Assembly: GCA_951406725.2 (NCBI GenBank)
Contig: OX597833.1
Span: forward strand, 19,158,001 to 19,222,000
DNA from: Octopus vulgaris
Lineage: Eukaryota
Length of the DNA stretch: 64,000 nucleotides
Reading direction: 5' to 3'
Under the pieces are notes generated by a model. The model saw nothing but the letters and a program-made list of their open reading frames with translations. It did not search any database and had not been told where the DNA came from. Each line of letters opens with the position of its first letter. Positions within the stretch are counted from its first letter, which is position 1. Below, piece by piece: positions 13,201 through 25,500 of this stretch. A program made the translations under genes and the position numbers.

Positions 13201-16200
13201 TTACTGAATCTAAGCAACATCACTAGTCGTTCAGCTTCACGATCTGCACGTATAGCAGACTATAACCAGCTTAATGATCAAATATTTAATTTGGAGTCCC
13301 AAGTCCAAATTTTGGAAAGCCAGGTTCAGAAACTGTCTCATGATCTTCAATTGGCAAAAGAGCAAATCTTATCTAAATCTGAAGAAATAACTTTCTTATC
13401 ATCGGAAAATAATGAACAAAAACTAGAACTTAATAAATTGATTGCAGAAAATGACAAACTTAATCAACTTGTTCAGGACAAAACGCCTGTTTTTGAGCAT
13501 AAAGAATACATCGACTTGAAGACACAACTTAATAAAGTTATGCAAGATAATGAAAAATTGAACTACAAACTAAAACTCAAAGCAGAAGAACTAACATATT
13601 TATCAAGAGCATCAGTGGATCAGCAAGTGCAATTAGATGATAAAATTCCTGAATTAAGTACTTCTGAAGAAAGTAAAACACCAGAAGATAACAATGATGT
13701 TCTTTCTGAACTTCAAGAACAATTAGCAGCAACAATTAGAGAAAAGGAGAAAATTGCACTTGAACTTGCAATAAAAGGTGAAGAATGTACAAAATTGCAA
13801 GAAAATGTGGAGATTGCTCATCTTGTTGTTTTAGAAATGAAAAAATCTTTGAAAGAAACCAGAGAACACTTACTAGCTCAAAAAGATGTAGATCTTTCAC
13901 AAATCGAACAGTTAGATACCAGCATCAGAAAATCTATGAGCTTAAACTCTGCTGATAGGAGTCAATGGAAATCCGTTTCAATTGTTCATCAAGTTAACTT
14001 GAAAGATAATGATAAGGATGATTCTGATGTCCTAATTACGTCTCTTGAAGATTATGACTCAAGTGATATTTCTGACTTAGCATCCAAAAGTCAGCTTCTT
14101 GAATGCCAAACAAGTCTAGATAAGAAAATTCAAGAATGTCATTCTTTGAAGGATGAAATTAATTCTCTGAAAAAAGAAGTTGAAATTAAAACTAAAGAAT
14201 GTTCATCACTCAAAATTAAATTAGAATCCTTTGAAAGTGTAAGTGAAGTGAGGTCCAACCCTATTATTGTTAGTCAACAGAATTCCAATGAATCTGATTC
14301 TGAGCTAGAAAGGCTCAAACATGGAAGTGGAGAGCTTGTTGAAGATGAGAATCTACAGATACAGAATAATTTGCATCAGTTAAATTCATTGGCAAGAGAC
14401 TGTACACTTGACAAACAAGAATATGACTACCTGAAAGGAGAGTTGCTTTCAAACAAAGCAGAATTAGAGGCTAAAAGACAACAATGTGAAGATTTGGTTG
14501 AACAATTAAGCGAAATGAAGTCAAAATTCTCTGATTATAAAACACAAAAAGATAAGGAAATAGAAGCCTTGCAATGTTCTTTACAAAGATTAGAATCCAA
14601 AGCTCTAGAATATGATGTACTTGTTGAAGAAATTGGAAGATCAGAGGGTGAGAGTAAAGAGAAGGCAGATATTATCTTGTTGAAAAGTGAACTTTCTCAT
14701 AAAACGAAAGAGTTGAATGATCTGAAAGAGAAACATAAATTACTATTTGAATCGTCGGAATCTAAGATCCAAAATTTTGCCGCTTTGGAGAAAGAAATAA
14801 GAGATTTTAATATATTAGATGCAGAGCAAGAAGAACAGCTGTTTTCTGCTGATGTAAATCTTCAATCTGCCAAACAAGAAATTTGTGATGGACTAGAGCT
14901 AAATTTATCTCATTCAGGATATACTAATAATATACAACCAAATTCTTTTGACATCAATGAAGATGACATTATAGAACTCAGAAAAGAATTAAAATCAAAA
15001 CTGACTTACATTAATGAACTGAAGAGAGATAATTCTAATTTGAAAGACTCATTAGAGAGACTTACTGCTGAGAATGCTGGTTTTATCAGTCTTGACAGTA
15101 AATTGAATGTTTGTCAAAAAGAACTGCAATCCAAGGTTGATGAATGCCATAATTTAGCTGCAGAACTTGATCTTAGGGCACAGGATAGTGAAATGATAAA
15201 GGAACTTGAAGAGAACCTTTCTGCCAAATCACAAGAGTGCTTATTTCTCTCCAAAGAATTGTCTTTACTGAAAGAAAGAAAGATGGATGATAATGAAAGA
15301 GTAACAGAGCTTCCTGAAATTAAAGAAAGTGAGATGGATGAAAGATTAAAAGAAATTGAAGAAAAGTTATCTGCTAAATCACAAGAATGTTTAGTGCATT
15401 CCAGAGAATTCTCTGAGCTTGAAGGTAGAAATATAGAGCTGAACAAGACAGTAAAAGAACTGGAAGAGGAATTGTCTGAGAAATCACAAGAATGTTTAGC
15501 GCTTAGCAAAGTATTGTCGGAGCTTAAACAAAAAAATATGGAGGAGAGTATAACAGTGAAGGAACTAGAAGAGAAATTGTCTGAAAAGTCAGAAGAATGT
15601 TCAGCTCTTTTCAAAGAATTGTCTGAACTTAAGGATGGAAAAATGGAGGAGAGTGTAACAGTAAAGGAACTAGAAGTGAAATTGTCTGAAAAATCGCAAG
15701 AATGTTCAGCACATTCCAGGGAATTGTCTGAACTTAAAGAAAGAAAGATTGAGGAAAGTGAAATGGTGAAAGAACTAGAAGAGAAATTGTCTGAGAAATC
15801 ACAAGAATGTTTAGCGCTTACCAAAGTATTGTCTGAACTTAAGGAAGGGAAAATGGAGGAGAGTGTAACAGTAAAGGAACCAGAAGTGAAATTGTCGGAC
15901 AAGTCAGAAGAATGTTCAGTTCTTTCCAAAGAATTGTCTGAACTTAAGGATGGAAAAAGAGAGTTGAGTGAAATAGTGAAAGAGCTAGAAAAGAAATTGT
16001 CTGAAAAGTCAGAAGAATGCTCTGCTCTTTCTCAAGAATTGTCTGAACTTAAAGAAAGAAAGATTGAGGAAAGTGAAATGGTGAAAGAACTAGAAGAGAA
16101 ATCACAAGAGTGCTTAGCTCTTTCTCAAGAATTATCTCAACTTAAAGAAAGAAAGATGGAGGAAAGTGAAATGGTGAAAGAACTAGAAGAGAAATCACAA

Positions 16201-19200
16201 GAGTGCTTAGCTCTTTCTCAAGAATTATCTCAACTTAAAGAAAGAAAGATGGAGGAAAGTGAAATGGTGAAAGAACTAGAAGAGAAATCACAAGAGTGCT
16301 TAGCTCTTTCTCAAGAATTATCTCAACTTAAAGAAAGAAAGATGGAGGAAAGTGAAATGGTGAAAGAACTAGAAGAGAAATCACAAGAGTGCTTAGCTCT
16401 TTCTCAAGAAAATGGTATCTCAACTGAAAAGTCAGAAGAAAGAAAGATGGAGGAAAGAGTAAAATGGTGAAAGAACTAGAAGAAAAATTCAATGACAAAT
16501 CACAAGAATGTTTAGCGCTTATGAAAGTATTGTCTGAACTTAAGGAAGAGAAAATGGTGGAGAGTGTAACAGTAAAGGAACTAGAAGAGAAGTTGTCTGA
16601 AAAGTCAGAAGAATGTTTAGCACATTCCAGGGAATTGTCTGAACTTAAAGAAAGAAAGATTGAAGAAAGTGAAATGGTGAAAGAACTAGAAGAGAAATTG
16701 TCTGACAAATCGCAAGAATGTTTAGCGCTGACCAAAGTATTGTCTGAACTTAAGGATGGAAAAATGGAGGAGAGTGTAACAGTAAAGGAACTAGAAGAGA
16801 AATTGTCTGAAAAATCACAAGAGTGCTTAGCACATTCCAGAGAATTGTCTGAACTTAAAGAAAGAAAGATTGAAGAAAGTGAAATGGTGAAAGAACTAGA
16901 AGAGAAATTGTCTGACAAATCGCAAGAATGTTCAGCACATTCCAGAGTATTGTCTGAACTTAAAGAAAGAAAAGATTGAAGAAAGTGTAAATGGTGAAAG
17001 AACTAGAAGAGAAATTGTCTGAAAAATCACAAGAGTGCTTAGCACATTCCAGAGAATTGTCTGAACTTAAAGAAAGAAAGATTGAAGAAAGTGAAATGGT
17101 GAAAGAACTAGAAGAGAAATTGTCTGAGAAATCACAAGAGTGCTTAGCACATTCCAGAGAATTGTCTGAACTTAAAGAAAGAAAGATTGAAGAAAGTGAA
17201 ATGGTGAAAAAACTAGAAGAGAAATTGTCTGACAAATCGCAAGAATGTTTAGCGCTGACCAAAGTATTGTCTGAACTTAAGGAAGGGAAAATGGAGGAGA
17301 GTGTAACAGTAAAGGAACTAGAAGAGAAATTGTCTGAAAAATCGCAAGAATGTTCAGCACATTCCAGAGAATTGTCTGAACTTAAAGAAAGAAAGATTGA
17401 AGAAAGTGAAATGGTGAAAGAACTAGAAGAGAAATTGTCTGAGAAATCACAAGAGTGCTTAGCACATTCCAGAGAATTGTCTGAACTTAAAGAAAGAAAG
17501 ATTGAAGAAAGTGAAATGGTGAAAAAACTAGAAGAGAAATTGTCTGACAAATCGCAAGAATGTTTAGCGCTTTCTCAAAGAATTATCTGAACTTAAGGAA
17601 GGGAAAATGGAGGAGAGTGTAACAGTAAAGGAACTAGAAGAGAAATTGTCTGAAAAATCACAAGAATGTTCAGCGCACATTCAGAAAGTATTGTCTGAAC
17701 TTAAAGAAAGAAAATTGAAGAAAGTGAAATGGTGAAAGAACTAGAAGAGAAAATGTCTGACAAATCGCAAGAATGTTTAGCTCTTTCTCAAGAATTATCT
17801 CAACTTAAAGAAAGAAAGATGGAGGAGAGTAAAATAGTGAAAGAACTAGAAGAAAAATTCAATGACAAATCACAAGAATGTTTAGCGCTTATGAAAGTAT
17901 TGTCTGATCTTAAGGAAGAGAAAATGGTGGAGAGTGTAACAGTAAAGGAACTAGAAGAGAAGTTGTCTGAAAAGTCAGAAGAATGTTTAGCACATTCCAG
18001 AGAATTGTCTGAACTTAAAGAAAGAAAGATTGAGGAAAGTGAAATGGTGAAAGAACTAGAAGAGAAAATGTCTGAGAAATCTCAAGAGTGCTTAGCTCTT
18101 TCTCAAGAATTATCTCAACTTAAAGAAAGAAAGATGGAGGAGAGTAAAATGGTGAAGAAACTAAAGGAGAAATTGTCTGAGAAGTCAGAAGAATGTTTAG
18201 CACATTCCAGAGAATTGTCTGAGCTTCAAGCTGGGGAAATGAAAACTGAGAAGCACTTTGCATGTGAGCTTGAACAAAAACGTAAAGAACAAATTGAGCT
18301 GACCAATGAATTAGCTGCTTTCAAACAAGACAAAGAAAATCAAATTAATGATTTGGAAAAGCAGCTTATGGTTAAGACCCAAGAATATAACTCTCTTTCT
18401 GAAAACCTCAAGTCATTAGAAATAACTCATTCTGGTATACAGTCGGATCTCAAGAAGGAATTGGAAGAGAAGTGTCAACTCTATGAATGTCAGTCCAATG
18501 AATTGGATACTATTCTTCAGAAATATTCCAGTCTTCAAGGCTCATTGTTAGAGCTGAAGAGTGACATTGCAAAGAAATATAATGAAATTAAGGACAAAGA
18601 CTTAGAAATTGAAGAACTTCGACATCAAGCATTATGTCTACAGTCTCAACTGACAAAAAAAGATCAGGTATTTACATTTGATTTTTCCAATTAAAAATTT
18701 TTTTAAAAAATTTGATAATTCAATTTTGACTTCTCCATCAACTTTTCTGCCCTTGTTCTGTATCTTAATAATCAATTGAAAAAATTTGCTTGCTTCATTC
18801 ATACACATACTTAAATGCCATACTTTCATCTAGTTTAGTTTCCACACTAAACTGAAATGAGTGCTAAGTTCAGTACATCATCATCATCATCATCATCATC
18901 GTTTAGCGTCCGCTTTCCATGCTAGCATGGGTTGGACGGTTCAACTGGGGTCTGTGAAGCCAGAAGGCTGCACCAGGCCCAGTCTGATCTGGCAATGTTT
19001 CTACGGCTGGATGCCCTTCCTAACGCCAACCACTCCATGAGTGTAGTGGGTGCTTTTTACGTGCCACCGGTACAATCAATTAAAAAAAATACTTAATTCT
19101 TTAGCATTTAGATTACTTCAGCTCAATGCTTATTTATTCACACTGTCTTGAATTAATCATGCATTATTTTGTAGCCTTGATATTTTGACGATGTGATTGT

Positions 19201-22200
19201 TTTATTTTTAGAATGTCATTATAAGGTAGGTGTGAGAGGTGAGATCCAGCCAGTTTGAATATGACAGGTAGAATATTTGGAGTGTATATGGCCAGTTTTA
19301 ACACGGAAGCATTAAAGACCAATGCCTTTAAGACTATCAGTTGATTATAAAATTTTTACACCAATACACATATTATATACATACATATATTTGTATATCA
19401 TCATCATCATCATCATTTAACGTCTGCTTTCCATGCTAGCATGAGTTGGACGATTTGACTGAGGACTGGCAAACCAGATGGCTGCACCAGGCTCCAATCA
19501 GATCTGGCAGAGTTTCTACAGCTTGATGCCCTTCCTAACGCCAACCATTCTGAGAGTGTAGTGGGTGCTTTTATGTGCCACTGGCACGAGGGCCAGTTAG
19601 GTGGTACTGGCAGCGGCCAAGCTCAAATGGTGTTTTTTACATGCCACCTGCACAGGAGCCAGTCCAGCGGCACTGGCAATGACCTCGCTTGAATGTTTTA
19701 TTCACATGCCATCGGCACAAGTGCCAGTAAGGTGATGCTTTTTACATGCCACCCGTATGGAAGCCAATTAGCTGCTCCAGCAACGATCACGCTCGGATAG
19801 TGCTCTTAACGCTCCACTAGCACAGGTGCCAGTCATCGAATTTGATTTCGATTTCAATTTAATATACACACATTGTGAGCTTCTACACAACTTATGGTTC
19901 CAAAATTTTGCTCACAAGATATTACTTACATTAGTTATCTGAGGCTACAAAACCGTTTACTGAAGCCTTATGAGTGGAATTTTGTAATGTTGATTGTGGG
20001 GGTACTGTGACTGAGAAGACCCGGCAAATAAATTGAGATCACAGCTGTTACCTACACCAATGTCGCATAACCAGCCAACTTAAAAAGTACCCTTGGATCG
20101 TAGAGCAACATGCTGTGCTTGAGGAGACCTATTGAGTCAAGTACATCAACATCAAAATGAAATCAAATTACAACCAAATGGAAATTGTTGTTGTGGTCCT
20201 CATGCCGGTGGCACGTAAAAAGCACCATCTGAACGTGGCTGATGCCAGCCCCCTCGCCCCAACTGGCTTCTGTGCCAGTGGCGTGTAAAAAGCACCATCT
20301 GAACGCGGCCAATGCCAGCACCACCTTGACTGGCTCCCATGCCGGTGGCAAGTAAAAAGCACCCACTACACTCTCGGGGTGGTTGGTGTAAGGAAGGGCA
20401 TCTAGCTGTAGAAACATTGCCAGATCAGACTGGTGCCTGGTGCAGCCTCCTGGCTTTCCAGACCCCAGTCGAACCATCCAACCTATGCCAGCATGGAAAA
20501 CAGACGTTAAATGACGATGTGTGTGTGGGTATACATGCATGCATAGATACATAAAAAATGGATGATGTCCATTGTTTAACCCTTTAGCATTCAAACCGGC
20601 CATATCTGGCCAAAATATTTAACCTGTTTTATATTGAAACTGACCAAATCTCGCCTCTCACCTCAGCCCTACCTAAAAAAAATCACAGGCGATGTTTCGT
20701 TTGTCGTAGCACACGTTTCCATCGATTTCCGTAAAAAATGTAAACACTGAATCGGCCATACATACATACATACATACATACATACACACATACATACATA
20801 CACACACACACATACATAGATACATACACACACACACATACATGCAGACATACATATACACATACACCGAGTAAAAAATTTCAGTTATCTCTCTCTTTCA
20901 CACATTACTCTCTCTGTCTCTTCGCACACACTAACAGAAGCACTTCACTTACACAACATACTGTCTGTCTCCCACACCCCATCAAACACACACACGGGGA
21001 CTTCAAAAAGAAATTCCCTCGTCATAAAATCGCTTCCTCTTAGTCTCTTTCGCTCTCATTACTTCAAATATTCCCGCAAAGCCATATGTAAAAAAATAAA
21101 AGTTTTTTACGGAAATCGACGGAAATGTGTGCTACGACAACCGAAACTTCGCCAAATCACATCACTGAAATCTCTAAACTACAAGATAATGCATGATTAA
21201 TTCAAACCATTTTGAATATACAAACATCACATTTGACAGAATAATCTGAACACTAAAGGGTTAAGGGTTCCTTATGAAAAGCATTTTTCTCTTTGATTTT
21301 GGTGGGATTTTTTTTTACCCTTTTCTTTTTAATTCTTTTTAGTTGCATGTGACACCTGGAACTAATAATGAATCAATGAACAAAGAATCTAGTGAAATAA
21401 AAGAAGAGATCTCAAATAATTCAACCATCCAAAAACCGAGTAAGGAATCATTTTTTTTACCTTTTTTGATCTTATTTTTATACGTTTTCTTTCCATTGTT
21501 TTTAACTAAAATAGAGAGTGGAAGGGATTTGGGTGTTGAGAGCAACTGACTTCTTGGTCATTGGCCTAGGCTTCAGCAATACCATTGTGTTCCCTTTTCA
21601 TCACCATCATCAAATATCCGTTGTCCATGCTGGCATGGATTGTATGGTTTGATCAGAGCTGGCAAGATGAGGAGATGCACCAGACTCCATTCTGATTTGG
21701 CTGGGTGCCCTTCCATGCTGGCATAGGTTGGATGGTTTGACTGGGGTCTGGAAAGCCAGGAGGCTGCACCAGGCACCAGTCTGATCTGGCAATGTTTCTA
21801 CAGCTGAATGCCCTTCCTTACACCAACCACCCCGAGAGTGTAGTGGGTGCTTTTTACGTGCCACCGGCATGGGAGCCAGTCAAGGTGGTGCTGGCATTGG
21901 CCACGTTCAGATGGTGCTTTTTACATGCCACTGGCACAGAAGCCAGTTGGGGCGAGGGGGCTGGCACCATCCACTTTACAGAATGTGCTGGGTGCTTTTA
22001 CATGTTATTACATGGGCACTTTTATGTAGCACAACACAGGTGCTTTTATGTGGCACTGCATAAGTGCTTTTACATGGTGCCACACGGGTGCTTTTATGCA
22101 GCACTGCAACAAGTGCTTTACACACCACCAGAGGGCCCAGTCTTAACACTCCTGCTGCAGAGTACAGGTCTTCTTAAGTACAGCAAGGCACCATGCTTCT

Positions 22201-22543
22201 CAGAGCATGCACCTACATAGTTTCTTGACTTGCTATAAACTGCAACCAAATGATGGTGTAACCCTTTTGTGTGGGAACTAAGTACCGTAAATCTTCGAGT
22301 ATAGTCCGCCCTTGAATATAATATTTAACCCTTTCATTACCAACCAGGCTGAAACCGGCTCTGGTTCTGTAGTACAAATGTTTTATTCTCTAAGTTTTGA
22401 ATTAAAATCCTCCACAAAACCTTAGTTACAATTTATGTTTCTAACACTAGCTTAATGATAACTAAGTAATTTTACTAAATTCTTTGTTATATTTAAAATA
22501 ATAGAAAGAAACACAGAGCATCTCAAAATAAATATGGTAACAA

Positions 22544-22591
<48 letters not shown>

Positions 22592-25500
22592 TAGGGTGCA
22601 AGAGGTATTTGAGGACAATGTTGGTAACTTGATTGAAAAACATTAACAAAAGAACATGTATTTTGATAAAATTTTGCGCACATTTTCTAAGTATGCTTTC
22701 TTTAAAGATTATTCCATAAATCTACCTTTAGTTGTACGATATAAAGTGATGTATGTTTCTGTAAATAGCATCAATTTTTAACTGCAGATTGCAATCTTTA
22801 TGCTATATATTTTTATATGTTTGTGTGTACGTATTTTAACAGACAATTCTGGAGTATACAATGACTCTACTGATGTTCAGAATCTACTTAAAGAAAAAGT
22901 TCAAGAATGTAGTTTTCTAACAGATAAGTTGGAAAATTTGGAGAAGAATATTCAAGAGAAGACAGAAATGGTAAGTACAGCATTTTTACATGTAATTCAT
23001 TCAGGATAACATTTCCGTTTTTGTTTTTGTAAGAGAGTTTGTTGTAGTTTGAGGGAGATTCTGGCAGGCTGGGCAACCTTGTAGAGATATATCTGTTGTT
23101 CATCCCCTGTATTTAGTGGTTTGGTCACCAACAACATACATTTATATATTTACAGAAGTGTACAGCATTGCATCCAAGAGGATGTACAACATAAAACCCC
23201 TGTTGTCACTGTGTTGTCCTGATGCCAGAAAAACATTCCCAAAATAACTGTATGTTTGGTTGTGGTTAAGAAGCTCACATTGCAACCACATGGTCCCGGG
23301 TTCAGTCCCACTCTGCAGCATTTTGGGCAAGTGTCTTCTAATATAGCCTCGGGCTGACCAATGCCTTGTGAATGAATTTGGTAGATGGAAATAGAAGCCT
23401 ATTATATGTACTAGGGTCTGGTGCAGCTTCTCAGCTTGCTCTAGCCAAACCATCCGACCCATGCCAGCATGGACAACAGATGTTAGATGATGGTGCTGGT
23501 GGCACCGCCGCCATGGCTACTGCTGCTGCTAGATGTATGTGCGTTTCCTGCTCACCACTTGACAACCAGTGTTGGTTTGTTTACACCTCTATAACTTAGC
23601 AGTTTGGCAAAAGTGACTGATAGAATAAGTACCAGACTTTAAAAAAATGTACTGGGGTTGATTTATTTGACTAAACTTTTCAAGGTGGTGCTGTAGCATG
23701 GCAGCAGTTCACTGGGTGAAACAAGTGAAAGCTGAAGAAAGCTATTGAACTCACTGTCAGTTGAGAATAATGTAGATGATGATGATGATGGTACAGAAAG
23801 GAGAGACATATACCTCAACTGAGGGCTCAAATGCATTTGAACTAATAATTCTGATCATTAGGAGTGTACAGCTGGTTGTAGTATTTAATTGTTTAGGTAT
23901 ACCCGACCCGGATCTGCTCTATGTTCAAAGCTGCCAGATCTGACCTTGAGCCTAGCCTTTTACATCATTCTAAAAAATAACCAATCACATCATTGAAGTC
24001 TCGATGCTAAGAGATAATGCATGATTACTTCAAAACATCATCATCATCATCGTTTAACGTCCGTTCTCCATGCTAGCATGGGTTGGACGGTTCGACGGGG
24101 GATCTGGGAAGCCAGAAGGCTGCACCAGGCCCAGTCTGATCTGGCAGTGTTTCTGCAGCTGGATGCCCTTCCTAATGCCAACCACTCCGTGAGTGTAGTG
24201 GGTGCTTTTTATGTGCCACCTGCACAGGTGCCAGGCGAGGCTGGCAACGGCCACGGTCGGATTGGTGCATTTTACATGCCACCGGCACGGAAGCCAGTCG
24301 AGGCGGCACTGGCATCGGCCACAATTCGGATGGTGCTTTTTACGTGCCACTAGCACGGAAGCCAGTCGAAGTGACGCTGGCATCGGCCACGATTCGGATA
24401 GCGCTTTTTACGTACCACCAGTCCAGGGCTCCTGGCAACTGCCGGGTGCCAGTCATAGGATTGGTTCAATTTTGATTAAATAAATAAGCATTATGTTTAA
24501 CAAAGTAATGTACTCAATGCTTTTGTTTTTCTAGCTGAAAAAACTGAAACGTGAAAAGATATTGCAGTCCGAAAAGTTGGAAAAGTATGAATGGAAAGCT
24601 GAAAAGGCTGAAGTAAGTAAAACTATATCCATCTTCCTCTCTCTATCTTTTACTCTCTTACTTGTTTCAGTCATTTGACTGTGGCCATGCTGGAGCACCA
24701 CCTTTAGTCATGCAAATCACCCCCAGGACTTATTCTTTGTAAGCCTAGTATTTATTCTGTCGGGTCTTTTGCCGAACCGCTAAGTTACGGGGATGTAATC
24801 GTACCAGCATCGGTTGTCAAGCAATGTTGGGGTACAAACACATACACATAAACATATGTACATGTACATACATATACGACGGGCTTCTTTCAGTTTCCGT
24901 GCAGTGGGACTGAACCCGGAACCATGTGGTTCGTAGTATATTTGTTGGTTTGTTTACACCTCCATAACTTAGCAGTTTGGCAAAAGTGACTGGTAGAATA
25001 AGTACCTGACTTAAAAATATGTACTGGGGTTCGTGTATGATTGTATCTTTCTTTCTATCTTCACTGTTTATATGACACCTGATGCCTCTTATGCCCAGTT
25101 TTTCTTTAAAGACATTTGTCGTACTTGGACACTGATATGGCATATCTAGTGGAGCTTGTTGGCCTTATTTCTTCCCAGTCTTCGAATGTTTTCTGCATTC
25201 ATAGTTCAAATTTCACAACCACACAGCATTGCTGTTTGTACATCATCATCATCGTTTAACGTCCGTTTTCTGCGCCAGCATGGGTCGGACGGTTCGACCG
25301 GGGTCTGGGAAGCCAGGAGGCTGCACCAGGCTCCAGTCTGATCTGGCAGTGTTTCTACAGCTGAATGCCCTTCCTAACGCCAACCACTCCGCGAGTGTAG
25401 TGGGTGCTTTTTACGTGCCACCGGCACAGGTGCCAGGGGAGTCTGGCAGCGGCCACGATCGGTTGGTGCTTTTAACATGCCACCGGCACGGAAGCCAGTC

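Noticed and set aside
15114-17550. Long Ser/Phe-rich minus-strand ORFs (15114-15929, 16328-16918, 16960-17550)
   Set aside because: Antisense shadows of the GAA/AAA-rich coding repeat; no independent gene signals.
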